Shown here: in pieces, positions 48,231 to 57,999 of the stretch
How positions within the stretch are numbered: position 1 is the stretch's first letter
Layout: the number at the start of each line of letters is the position of its first letter
DNA from: Candidatus Latescibacterota bacterium
GTDB taxonomy: Bacteria > Latescibacterota > UBA2968
Reading direction: 5' to 3'
DNA length: 64,000 nucleotides
NCBI GenBank assembly: GCA_965207885.1
Contig: OZ242311.1
Span: 448,001-512,000 of the forward strand
Translations under genes and position numbers: made by a program
Notes under the pieces: model-generated
Told to the model about the DNA's origin: nothing
Seen by the model: only the letters and a program-made list of their open reading frames with translations
The model's database searches: none

Positions 48231-50609
48231 TTACTCATCTCGCAACGCATCCACGGGATTGCGACGTGCGGCTTTCAGTGTTTGAAAATTCACTGTCAAC
48301 AGCGCGACCAACAAGGTCAGTATTCCTGCGATGCCAAAAACACCTATGCCCAGTTCAATGCGATATGCGAAATTGGTCAACCATTGATTCATCATCCAGT
48401 AGGCAATGGGCCAGGCGATGATATTGGCGACCAGTAGCAGTTTGATAAAATCTCTGGAAAACAACCACATGACATGATGGACAGAAGCCCCCAGTACCTT
48501 CCGAATCCCAATCTCCTTTGTCCGCCGCGCAACCGCCAGTGACGCCAGCCCGAACAATCCCAAACACGAAAGCAGAACAGCCACCAGTGCCGAATGGCTT
48601 AATACGCGAAACCAATAGATTTCATTGGCATACTGTTGATTCAGGTTTTCATCTAAAAACGAGAGTTCAAAGGGGCTATCAGACGCGACTTTTTCCCATG
48701 TGCTTTTGAGCATTTCGATTGTTTCAAAAATTTGGTCCGAGCGCATGCGAATTAGCAGAAATGGGCCATAGTTGTATTTTTCCATCAGCAATGCCAATGG
48801 CTCAATCCGGTTGTGCAAAGACTTTATGTGAAAATCGCGCACGATACCAATAACAACGGGATCGTTAACGCCATTCCTTCCAAAGCCCGCCAGCGTTTTT
48901 CCCACCGGGTTTTCAAGGCTCAATTGCTTTGCCAGGGTTTCGTTGACCAATATGGCATTGTTCAGGTCTGACGGACGGTCTTCTGAAAAATTTCGTCCAG
49001 CGAGAAGAGGTATCTCCAGAGTAGAGAGATAATCGACATCTACGCCAATCACCTTTATCTCAACTATTGAGCCATCGGGCAACGAGTAATTGGACCAGGA
49101 ATAACCACTTTCTGTTGTGAGTGTGCGATCCGTAATTGTAACACCCGCAATGCGTGAGTCATTTACAATGGCTTCCTTATAGGGTTTTGCCAACTGCCGA
49201 TTTGTCTTAATAATGGCGACTTGCTCTTCGTTAAAGCCCAGGTTTTTGTTCCGTATATAATCTTGCTGTTGAATCATTATACCTGTGCCAATGATGAGGG
49301 CTATGGATGCCGCGTATTGCAAAATGATTAACGTGCGCGTCAAAAGGTTGCGCCCACCAGGGCGCGCTTCGCCTTTCATGGCTAAAACAGGTTGAAATCG
49401 CGACAAGACCAGAGCGGGATAACTGCCGGCAATTAGCCCGACAACGCCGAGCAGGAGCAGCAATACCCACCAATCGCCAAAATACGCAAGGGTCAATTTT
49501 TGATGCACAAATCCATTGAATACGGGCAACAGGATTTCGGCAAGTGCGGTGCCCACGAGCAAGCCCAAAAAGCTCAACACCAGTGCTTCGCTCCAAAATT
49601 GTTGAATAATCTGACCGCGGTTAGCACCTACCACTTTGCGCAACCCCACTTCTTTTGCCCGCCCAGAAGACTCTGCGACCGATAGGGTAATAAAGTTGCT
49701 GCACGCAATGAGTAAGACCAGCCATGCAAGCCCCCACAAGATATAAACCCCTGTTGGATTGCCCTGCGGCCCGTAGCGATTGGGAATGTCTGTATTCCAG
49801 TACACATCCGTTAAAGGCTGGAGAATGAAGTTGAATGATGTTTTGAATATCTCTTCTCGTAACTTTTCTTTTTTTGACCAATGATTGAGATCGTCAAGTA
49901 CGCGAGAAGCATTTGTTTCCCCTATTTGTACAAAGATCCATGCACTTGCACCGTGGTAGTGTCTTGCAAGTCCAAAGCCTTTTTCAGCTTTTGTTGAAAC
50001 CAATACGTCGAATTGAAGACTTGATGTTGTAGGCACATCTGCCATAACACCGGTTACGATAAACAACTTATTTTTTATGCTCAATGCTTGCCCTATCAGT
50101 GTGTTGTAATCCTTTACATCCCCAAAAAACTTGCGTGCTGTTGTTTCGGTAATCACTATCCCATCTGGTTGAGCGAGTGCTGTTGTAGGATTACCTGACA
50201 AAAAAGGAAATGTAAACATCGCAAAGAAATCACCACTCACAAACCCCATGGCTGACCGAAAAGATTTGTCTCCCTTTGTGATTTTACTCCTCGTGTGCCG
50301 CATAAATGCACAGGCTTGTTCAACACCTGAGATTTCATCTTTCAACTCATCGACAACCAAAAGCGGATATACCGTATCCCAGATATTAAATGGAATCGTC
50401 TCCCCATCTGGTTGAAGTCTTTGCGCCACCACGCGAAACAATTGGTCGTGGTTCTCGTGAAACTGATCGCGTGACCATTCGTGTTTGACAAACAGAGCCA
50501 TCAAGATACAGCAGGCAAGCCCCAGGCCGAGGCCGAACACATTGATGAATGTGTAGAGCTTCTTTCGCATTAGATTGCGAATCGCGACAACAAAGTAATT
50601 TTTGATCAT
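48231..50609 (-). CDS. MacB/FtsX-like duplicated ABC permease
   Basis: INVFGLGLG, KEVGLRKVVGA, KEIGIRKVLGA and NPVDALRDE. Confidence 0.93.
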   Translation of the reverse strand: MIKNYFVVAIRNLMRKKLYTFINVFGLGLGLACCILMALFVKHEWSRDQFHENHDQLFRVVAQRLQPDGETIPFNIWDTVYPLLVVDELKDEISGVEQACAFMRHTRSKITKGDKSFRSAMGFVSGDFFAMFTFPFLSGNPTTALAQPDGIVITETTARKFFGDVKDYNTLIGQALSIKNKLFIVTGVMADVPTTSSLQFDVLVSTKAEKGFGLARHYHGASAWIFVQIGETNASRVLDDLNHWSKKEKLREEIFKTSFNFILQPLTDVYWNTDIPNRYGPQGNPTGVYILWGLAWLVLLIACSNFITLSVAESSGRAKEVGLRKVVGANRGQIIQQFWSEALVLSFLGLLVGTALAEILLPVFNGFVHQKLTLAYFGDWWVLLLLLGVVGLIAGSYPALVLSRFQPVLAMKGEARPGGRNLLTRTLIILQYAASIALIIGTGIMIQQQDYIRNKNLGFNEEQVAIIKTNRQLAKPYKEAIVNDSRIAGVTITDRTLTTESGYSWSNYSLPDGSIVEIKVIGVDVDYLSTLEIPLLAGRNFSEDRPSDLNNAILVNETLAKQLSLENPVGKTLAGFGRNGVNDPVVIGIVRDFHIKSLHNRIEPLALLMEKYNYGPFLLIRMRSDQIFETIEMLKSTWEKVASDSPFELSFLDENLNQQYANEIYWFRVLSHSALVAVLLSCLGLFGLASLAVARRTKEIGIRKVLGASVHHVMWLFSRDFIKLLLVANIIAWPIAYWMMNQWLTNFAYRIELGIGVFGIAGILTLLVALLTVNFQTLKAARRNPVDALRDE

Positions 50610-50633
50610 GAGAAGCCTCCTGGTGGATCGCGG

Positions 50634-51215
50634 TCAGCCCGCCCAGCTTCCGACCTCTTGTTTTTCCAATGCGCGTTTTAGCTGATGACGTCCGCGGTGG
50701 AGCCAGATTTTTACGGTGCCGAGGGGTACTTGCATTTCCCATACGATTTCGCGGTAGGACAATTCTTTTATGTAGCGAAGCCACATTGCGCGTTGTTGCT
50801 CTTTGGGCAGTGTGCATAGGCCCTGTGTTAAGCGTTGATGGCGTTCTTTTTGTATAATGCTATCTTCTGGCGTTGTCAGGGTGATTGGTTCGGGCATGTG
50901 TTGCGCTATGGTTTCCAGGCCGTTTTTTCGGGATAGCCGGGATCGTAGGTGTGACCGCCCGACGTTGATGGCAATGCGCGTCAGATAGGTTGTGAATGCC
51001 GATTCGCCGCGAAAATGGCGCAGGCTCTGAAAGACTTTCATGAATACCACCTGCATCAGGTCTTCGGTTTCGTCGCGGTCCTTCACATATCGCCCGACAA
51101 TGGCGCGTACGCGATTCTGGTGCAGATGGTAGAGTTTGCCAAATGCGCTTTTGTCGCCGGCTTTGATCATGTGGATCAATTGTACATCGTTTTCTATGTC
51201 TGATCGTTTATTCAT
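50634..51215 (-). CDS. ECF sigma factor (sigma70 family)
   Basis: GDKSAFGKLY, EDLMQVVF, FRGESAFTTYLTRIAIN and LSYREI...GTVKIWLHRGR. Confidence 0.92.
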   Translation of the reverse strand: MNKRSDIENDVQLIHMIKAGDKSAFGKLYHLHQNRVRAIVGRYVKDRDETEDLMQVVFMKVFQSLRHFRGESAFTTYLTRIAINVGRSHLRSRLSRKNGLETIAQHMPEPITLTTPEDSIIQKERHQRLTQGLCTLPKEQQRAMWLRYIKELSYREIVWEMQVPLGTVKIWLHRGRHQLKRALEKQEVGSWAG

Positions 51216-53676
51216 ATCGCAATGCCTCCACGGGGTTCATTTTTGCCGCTTTCACGGCTTGCAGGCTCACTGTTCCGATTACGACCAATAGGGTCAGCAA
51301 GCCGCCGAGTGCAAATACCCCGGCTGTCAACCCGATGCGATAGGCAAAACTCTGTAACCACCAGATCATTATTAGATAAGTCAGGGGCCAGGCGCATAGA
51401 CTTGCGACTATAACCAGTATTACGAACTCACGCGATAACAGCGATACGATATTTAAAATCGAGGCGCCCATAATTTTTCGAATGCCTATTTCTTTGGTCC
51501 GTCTTGTCACGGCCAGTGCCGTTAGCCCAAATGCGCCCAGACAGGCGATAAAAACAGCCAGAATCGTTGCATAGCCCACGATTTTGCTCCAGTTTAAAAG
51601 GTCCCGGTAATAATTCTCAATATCCTCTTGCAAAAACGTGAAGTAAAACGGCTCGCCAACGGGCGCGATTTCTTTCCACCCGGTTTCCAGATATTTCAAG
51701 GTCTCGACAATATCGTCAGATTTGATCCTCACAAAGAAGTTTTCTGCTTCATCTCCCATTGATGGATTCAGTAAAAGCATCGCGGGTTGAACTTTTTGCC
51801 GGAGTGGCATTAAGTAAAAATCCTGCACCACGCCAATGACCTGGGTAATTCCTTTTGACGCTCTCAATAAGTTTGCTGCTTTGCCTTCAAATGTGATGGT
51901 CTGTCCAATTGGATCGTCCCATCCCATCTGTTTGACCAGTTCTTCATTTACGAGAGCACTGCCCTGTGCTTGTTCATTCGCATTAGCGTCAAAATCTCGT
52001 CCCGATAGTAACTTCATCTCGAATGTTTTTACAAAACCATAATCCACATAGAAGCGTTTTATGCCCACAGACTGTCCTTGTTCACCTTTTCCTTCTCTGC
52101 GGTCTTGCCATCTTTCATCCAATAGCGGATACCTCACTGTCGTGCATCCAATTACCTTGTGATGTTGCAGATAATGGTTCTTGAGCAAATCTTGATCCCC
52201 TCTCATTTCGGGAAGACCGTCTGTGTTAATAGAAATCACGAATTCCGTGTTAAAGCCCAAGTCTTTTTCTTTTACAAATTGCAGTTGATATACCATGATC
52301 AGTGTGCAGGTAATCAAAGCACTCGACACGGCAAACTGCCCAAAGACGAGTCCGCGACCAAACGGATTGCGATGGCTCAGCTTAAACCGCCCCGTGAGAA
52401 TGCGAACCGGATTAAACCCGGAGATCATAAATGCGGGATAGCAGCCTATCAGGAGACCGACAAGTAAGACCAGAGCGATCAAAAACACAAAAGTAGGCCA
52501 GGTAAAAATATTGTTGAAGGACAGGTTCTGATGCATGAATTCATTGAAAAACGGCAGTACCAGTTCGGCAAGTGACAGACCCAAAACTACGGCTACAAGG
52601 CTCAATAAAACCGACTCGCTTAAAAATTGCCGAATCAGTTGAGGGCGCACAGCACCTACAACTTTGCGAATGCCCACTTCTTTTGTTCGGGTAACCAGCC
52701 GCCCCACCGCAAGGTTGACAAAATTGATGGAAGCCATGACCAGAACCAGCAGTGAAAGACAGATTAGTCCATACCCGTTCATTGGGTCTCGTGGTGCCTT
52801 TAAGCCGTGATTGGTGGTTTCTATAAGATCTATTCGATGGTGCAGATTTGTCAGCGGCTGAAGTTGCAAATGAAAGTTGTCTTCTGAGATCTCTGGTCGC
52901 AGCATATGCGCTTTTACAATCGCGTGCATCGCCGGTTCTATGTCTGTGGATTTAGTATTTTCACTGAGTTGAACGTAAGTATCACACGTAGAAAAGCGAT
53001 TCCAATCATTTGCCTCCTGGTGCAGAAAAAACCATAGATGCTGATATGGTAGCAACATATCAAACTGAATGGATGAGTTGTCGGGTATGGGTTCGGCGAC
53101 GCCTGTTACTGTGAAATCGGCGTGTTCGTGGCTCCATAGAGATCGCAGTATCAGTTGTTTTCCGATCGGATTCTCATCTCCGAAAATTTTCTTTGCTGTT
53201 TCAGTGCTCAATACAACAGATTGCGGGTGTTTGAGGGCAATTTCCGCATCGCCAGAGCGAAGGGGAAACGAAAACATGTCTAAGAATTCGGGATCTACGA
53301 TCAGGAATGGCAATTTGAAGATCTGTTCTCCGTACGTAACCTGTATCTCTCGATCACTGGGATCGCCTCCCCGTCCGGCAACTAAGCGTACAGCCCGGTC
53401 CACGCCTGTTACAGTTTGGATCAATTCATTGCGCAAAGCGGTTGGGACCGTGGGTATGCGATAAGATTTATTATCTGGGCCACGGAATTCGGTATATACC
53501 CGATAAATTTGGTCGGCATTCTTGTGAAATGCATCATAGGTCCATTCGTGATGTATGTACAGGAATGTCAAGATGCAAAACGCGATGCCGATTGCCAGGC
53601 CAGTGATGTTGATCGCAGAATACACTTTGTAACGGACGAGGTTGCGATACGCTACGGTCAGATAGTTGCGGAACAT
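51208..53676 (-). CDS. MacB/FtsX-like duplicated ABC permease
   Basis: MFRNYLTVAYRNL, KEVGIRKVVGA and NPVEALRYE; stop overlaps the ECF start. Confidence 0.93.
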   Translation of the reverse strand: MFRNYLTVAYRNLVRYKVYSAINITGLAIGIAFCILTFLYIHHEWTYDAFHKNADQIYRVYTEFRGPDNKSYRIPTVPTALRNELIQTVTGVDRAVRLVAGRGGDPSDREIQVTYGEQIFKLPFLIVDPEFLDMFSFPLRSGDAEIALKHPQSVVLSTETAKKIFGDENPIGKQLILRSLWSHEHADFTVTGVAEPIPDNSSIQFDMLLPYQHLWFFLHQEANDWNRFSTCDTYVQLSENTKSTDIEPAMHAIVKAHMLRPEISEDNFHLQLQPLTNLHHRIDLIETTNHGLKAPRDPMNGYGLICLSLLVLVMASINFVNLAVGRLVTRTKEVGIRKVVGAVRPQLIRQFLSESVLLSLVAVVLGLSLAELVLPFFNEFMHQNLSFNNIFTWPTFVFLIALVLLVGLLIGCYPAFMISGFNPVRILTGRFKLSHRNPFGRGLVFGQFAVSSALITCTLIMVYQLQFVKEKDLGFNTEFVISINTDGLPEMRGDQDLLKNHYLQHHKVIGCTTVRYPLLDERWQDRREGKGEQGQSVGIKRFYVDYGFVKTFEMKLLSGRDFDANANEQAQGSALVNEELVKQMGWDDPIGQTITFEGKAANLLRASKGITQVIGVVQDFYLMPLRQKVQPAMLLLNPSMGDEAENFFVRIKSDDIVETLKYLETGWKEIAPVGEPFYFTFLQEDIENYYRDLLNWSKIVGYATILAVFIACLGAFGLTALAVTRRTKEIGIRKIMGASILNIVSLLSREFVILVIVASLCAWPLTYLIMIWWLQSFAYRIGLTAGVFALGGLLTLLVVIGTVSLQAVKAAKMNPVEALRYE

Positions 53677-53720
53677 TTTATTCTCCTTGGCTGTCCCAGG
53701 CGGTCATGACGCAGCTTGTC

Positions 53721-55142
53721 TTAAAGGAGAGGAGAGATTAGCGTGAGCATGACTCGAAAAGAACGATTCGTCATCATAACCTTTCCTTGCCGATCAATCA
53801 GAACATAGTGCGGAAGGCCTCCAATGTTATACATCTTTGATACCTTGTTATTGTTGTCTATAGCGTCCAGGATTTGGGGCCATCCAATGTGAGACTTCTC
53901 CACATAATTCTCGACTTTGTATCTTCTGGTATCGGCACTGACGCCGATAATCTCGAAATTATCGCGGTCGAATTTTTCAGATAGCGCTTTCAATCTGGGG
54001 GTATCTTTGACACATGGCCCGCACCCGGTGGACCAGAAGTCCAACAAAACGTATTTGCCCCTGAAATTTGAAAGCCGAAGCTTCTTTCCGTCTATATCCC
54101 TAACTGCAAAATCCGGTGCCACGAAACCTCGCTTGATTTCAATCTTTGTTGGGACAGAGACATCTGATTTTCTGAGGATAATTTCATCACCAGAGGCGGA
54201 GATGCTTTTAACTTCAAATGTGATACCACCGATATTAAAGGGGTTGTTAACGTCGTAATATTCCGCTGATTCGCGTTCCTTTTCGAATACACCATCGCGA
54301 TCAAGATCCCATAGTATTCTGTTAAAAATTTTGGTAGAGTAGGTCGCGAAGCGTTCTTTGTTGTAGATAGCCAAATCGTATGATTGACCATCTATTTCTA
54401 CCTGCCCTTTTCGGTATTCAGCTATCTTTCCCTTGAATTTTGGGATAGTTGGATCTTTCTGAACTTTCGTATATTGCGGATATTTATGAATCACTACGTC
54501 CACCCTTTGGGTTCTGGCGATTTTACCATCGTTATATTCAAATTCAACGGTAGCATTTGCCCTCTGCCCATATGGAAGTTTCCCTGGTAGAATGTAGCTC
54601 ATCAGACGAAATGCCGTGCCGAAGGTCTCCGGATATATCGCATGTTCATCGGAGAAGTCTTCATTGTTGTTGGTATCAAAAAAGAAAACGGCATTTCCAT
54701 TCCGGTCCTGTCCATTCACAAAGGATACTTTGCTATCTACAGGTACCTCTAAGTCATACGGCTCCCAGAGTTCCCGGTTCATCTTTTCTGGACGATTATC
54801 GTACAATAGAAACTGCAACGCACTCAATTCGAATATCCCATAGAATTCGATGGTAACTCCCGGTGGAAATCCTCGCAGGCCCTTCTCGAGCGGTTTTCGG
54901 CTTATCAAATCGTGAAAATTAAAGTCAATCCGTGGTGACTCAAATATTGCGAATGAGCTTAAAGGTACACGCTCCAGGGGGATCACAACTTGATCCATAT
55001 TAGCTGAGTCAAATCGCGCAACGGAGGAATCCTGGGTGTTCTTAGAAAGGCCGAAGAGTGTGGAATGAACAGATAGAGAGAAGAGTATAAACAGACCAGC
55101 GAGAATGCTGTTCTTTCGAAAAATCGGGTTGATGGAGATCAT
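53721..55142 (-). CDS. Exported TlpA-like thiol-disulfide redoxin with large unknown N-terminal domain
   Basis: Signal-like N-terminus; APDF...GKYVLLDFWSTGCGPC...GLPHYVLIDRQG. Confidence 0.88.
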   Translation of the reverse strand: MISINPIFRKNSILAGLFILFSLSVHSTLFGLSKNTQDSSVARFDSANMDQVVIPLERVPLSSFAIFESPRIDFNFHDLISRKPLEKGLRGFPPGVTIEFYGIFELSALQFLLYDNRPEKMNRELWEPYDLEVPVDSKVSFVNGQDRNGNAVFFFDTNNNEDFSDEHAIYPETFGTAFRLMSYILPGKLPYGQRANATVEFEYNDGKIARTQRVDVVIHKYPQYTKVQKDPTIPKFKGKIAEYRKGQVEIDGQSYDLAIYNKERFATYSTKIFNRILWDLDRDGVFEKERESAEYYDVNNPFNIGGITFEVKSISASGDEIILRKSDVSVPTKIEIKRGFVAPDFAVRDIDGKKLRLSNFRGKYVLLDFWSTGCGPCVKDTPRLKALSEKFDRDNFEIIGVSADTRRYKVENYVEKSHIGWPQILDAIDNNNKVSKMYNIGGLPHYVLIDRQGKVMMTNRSFRVMLTLISPLL

Positions 55143-55249
55143 GATTTCCTCCTGAGGATTTTACGGCTGTAGGATCTGCGAGGATACCCCAATCTACACA
55201 ATTTCAGGCGACACTTCCTTGCGCCGCATGTTCTTTGTCCCGATTTTAT

Positions 55250-55265
55250 TGCAATAATCGTGCCA
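55250..55265 (-). promoter_or_regulatory. Sigma54 -24/-12 promoter of the TlpA-permease-ECF-permease operon
   Basis: Minus strand TGGCACGATTATTGCA, a full consensus match. Confidence 0.9.
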
Positions 55266-55326
55266 AAAGATTCAAATGATTAAATAACAGTAATTTATGA
55301 AAATTTCTTGAAATTGACTAATTGGA

Positions 55327-55369
55327 AAGTGTCCGATTTTGATACAGTAGTGTCCGAAAATGAACACTT
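55327..55369. promoter_or_regulatory. Putative upstream activator sequence, second copy
   Basis: aagtgtccgattttgatacagtagtgtccgaaaatgaacactt. Confidence 0.8.
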
Positions 55370-55372
55370 GGG

Positions 55373-55492
55373 AAAGTGTGAAGTGTGAAGGAGGAAGTGT
55401 GAAGGAGGCCCCGCGTGAACTGGCCTGAGAGTCGGTCAGTTGTACACCACCGGGGTAGTGTTGGGTGGACTTCTAACTTCTAACTTCTAACT
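55373..55492. repeat. Composite repeat: heptamer tract, palindrome (55415-55446), inverted heptamer tract
   Basis: aagtgtg aagtgtg aaggagg aagtgtg aaggagg ... gtgaactggcctgagagtcggtcagttgtaca ... acttcta acttcta acttcta. Confidence 0.8.
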
Positions 55493-56650
55493 TTTTCTGC
55501 CCGGTATCCGAAATACCAGCACAACCCCGAGCAACATCAAGATCGCGCTGATTTCAAAAGCCCGGCGCAGGCTGTATGCATCTGCCATGATGCCGAGGAG
55601 CAACATTGCCACGCCGCGAAGCACGAATCCCGCGCCCATGTAAAGCCCGTTGGCAAAAGCCCGGTTTTCTGGGCAGCTTTCCTGTACCATTGCCATGACC
55701 ACGGGACCGGTGGAGAGGGCGACAAAGCCCAGGATGATTAAAATGGGAAATAAGGCCCAGCCCTGGGTTTCGAGAAAGACAAATAGGAGGAGGGGAGTTG
55801 CGATCATGGAGAAGCCGAGGATTTGTTTGCGTCCCCAGCGGTCACTTACCCATCCGCCGATTAGCGCACCGCCAATGCCCGCGCCCTCCAGGACGGAGAG
55901 AGATGCGCCCGATAGCCACAAACTGGCGCCTTCTTCGGTCAAAAAGGTGGGGAGGAATGCGGTCAGGGAGGCCATCATAAATGCGCGGACAAAGACAATG
56001 CCCGATAGGGGTATCATGACCGGTGCCATGCGTTTTAAGGCGGCCTGCCAGATTAGTGCTTTATATGCGGATATGACGCGGCTGGCAACGCTTCTCATTC
56101 GCAATAAGAGTATCAGTGAGGCCACGACGCCTGCGGGTATTAGATAGGTCATTCCGGCGATTCCCCACAGGCCGATGACGCTTACGATTAATATAGGTCC
56201 CAGGGTGCGACCGAGTTCACCGCATAACATCCAGATGCCCATTCCGCGTCCCAGGTTGGAGCCCGAGAGCGTTCCGGCCATTGCAGGTCCAACGGCGTGA
56301 AACGCCGCGGAGCTAAATCCCGTGATTAGTAATAGGACGACGAGGGAGAGATAACCGTGCGCTATGCCGAGCAGGCTCATGGCGATGCCCGTTATTGCAG
56401 GTCCCAGGATTACGAGAGATCGCAAGTTCAGACGGTCTGCCTGATGTCCGATGATGGGTTGAAATACCGAGGGTGCCTGCCTGACGACCATTAATAAGCT
56501 GGCTTCAGTTTTGGATAGGGATAGGGTTTGTATGAATATGGGGAGTAAGGGGGGTAAGAATCCGCTGTATGTGTCGTGTACTGCATGCCCGCCGGAGAGG
56601 GTGATTACGTCGCGGGTCTGAAAACGGCTGTTATTACTATTTGAGGACAT
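55487..56650 (-). CDS. MFS transporter (Fsr-like)
   Basis: GHAVHDTY, QPIIGHQADR, SAAFHA and GWVSDRWGRK; many hydrophobic helices. Confidence 0.9.
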   Translation of the reverse strand: MSSNSNNSRFQTRDVITLSGGHAVHDTYSGFLPPLLPIFIQTLSLSKTEASLLMVVRQAPSVFQPIIGHQADRLNLRSLVILGPAITGIAMSLLGIAHGYLSLVVLLLITGFSSAAFHAVGPAMAGTLSGSNLGRGMGIWMLCGELGRTLGPILIVSVIGLWGIAGMTYLIPAGVVASLILLLRMRSVASRVISAYKALIWQAALKRMAPVMIPLSGIVFVRAFMMASLTAFLPTFLTEEGASLWLSGASLSVLEGAGIGGALIGGWVSDRWGRKQILGFSMIATPLLLFVFLETQGWALFPILIILGFVALSTGPVVMAMVQESCPENRAFANGLYMGAGFVLRGVAMLLLGIMADAYSLRRAFEISAILMLLGVVLVFRIPGRKS

Positions 56651-56823
56651 GGGGTTCTCGGAAAAAAGAGATGAATGACGGCTTTAAGATAAGGCGCAAA
56701 GGCTACTTGAAGGAGTGATAAATGGTGTGGCTAAGTTCAGCACTGTTTCTTAGGGTTGCGGGAATAGAAATGGGGACATAATTTAGGGACTGGGACTGCA
56801 CATTATTATATAAGGATTATTAC

Positions 56824-57984
56824 ATGTCTGATTATCCCCCCATTCGCGCGATTACTCGGGGACCTGAGTTCCACTGGTTTGGTTATTACGACAAGTGGCA
56901 AATAGACCCGTCAGGCCGATACGCGCTCGGTATGAAGGTGGATTTTGAACACCGGTCGCCCTTTGCGGATGATACGGTTGGGCTGGGTGTTATTGATATG
57001 GAGGATGGGGATGCATGGTCTGAGTTTGGGCGCACGCGGGCGTGGTGCTGGCAACAGGGGTGTATGTTGCAGTGGATTCCCAATTCGGATACGGAGGTTA
57101 TTTTTAATGATCGCGAAGGGGATGCGTTTGTCTCGCGGATATACAATGTGAAAACGGAGGCTGTTCGGACTCTTCCGCACGCGATTTATGCGATTTCACC
57201 CGATGGGAAGACAGCGATTGGGGCGGATTTTCGCCGGATCAATCACATGCGGCCCGGGTATGGGTATGCGGGGATTCCCGATCCCAATCGCAATGTGCGC
57301 GCGCCCGATGATGTGGGTGTTTATACTGTGGATCTGGAGACGGGTGAGTCAAGGCTTGTTGTTGCGATTGCCGAGGTTGCTGCGATTCCGTATCCGCATG
57401 GCGATATTTCCAGGGCGCGGCACTATTTTAATCATTTGCTGTTTAATACGGATGGGTCGCGGTTCATTTTTTTGCACCGTTGGCGATTTGGCGAGGGAGG
57501 CTTTGATACGCGGATGATGACGGCAAGTGCCGATGGGTCAAATTTGCATGTGGTTGATGATTACGGCAAGATGTCGCATTTTATCTGGCGCGATCCAGAG
57601 ACGATTCTCGGGTGGACGTATCACCCGTCGCACGGGAATAAGTTTTATCTCTATCGGGATCTGACCGATGTGGAGCCAGAGGTGATTGGCGATGGGGTTA
57701 TGACGGTTAATGGTCACTGTACGTATTTGCCGGGGAATGAGTGGATTCTCAACGATACGTATCCGTCACGGGGGCATCGGAATCAAGTTCCGTATCTTTA
57801 TCACGTTGCGACTGGCAAGCGCGTCGATCTGGGTGTTTTTCCGTCGCCGGAGCCTTATACGGGCGAGTGGCGCTGTGATTTGCATCCGCGCTTTAGTCCC
57901 GATGGGCAGTTTGTGGTGATTGATTCGCCTCATATGGGCAATGGACGGCAGATGTATCGGATTGAGGTTGGGGATATTGTGTAA
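56824..57984 (+). CDS. Hypothetical beta-propeller protein (TolB/oligogalacturonate-lyase-like)
   Basis: FGYYD, AWCWQQG, FIFLHRW, NDTYP and RCDLHPRFSPDG. Confidence 0.8.
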   Translation: MSDYPPIRAITRGPEFHWFGYYDKWQIDPSGRYALGMKVDFEHRSPFADDTVGLGVIDMEDGDAWSEFGRTRAWCWQQGCMLQWIPNSDTEVIFNDREGDAFVSRIYNVKTEAVRTLPHAIYAISPDGKTAIGADFRRINHMRPGYGYAGIPDPNRNVRAPDDVGVYTVDLETGESRLVVAIAEVAAIPYPHGDISRARHYFNHLLFNTDGSRFIFLHRWRFGEGGFDTRMMTASADGSNLHVVDDYGKMSHFIWRDPETILGWTYHPSHGNKFYLYRDLTDVEPEVIGDGVMTVNGHCTYLPGNEWILNDTYPSRGHRNQVPYLYHVATGKRVDLGVFPSPEPYTGEWRCDLHPRFSPDGQFVVIDSPHMGNGRQMYRIEVGDIV

Positions 57985-57999
57985 TAAAGGAGATATGAG

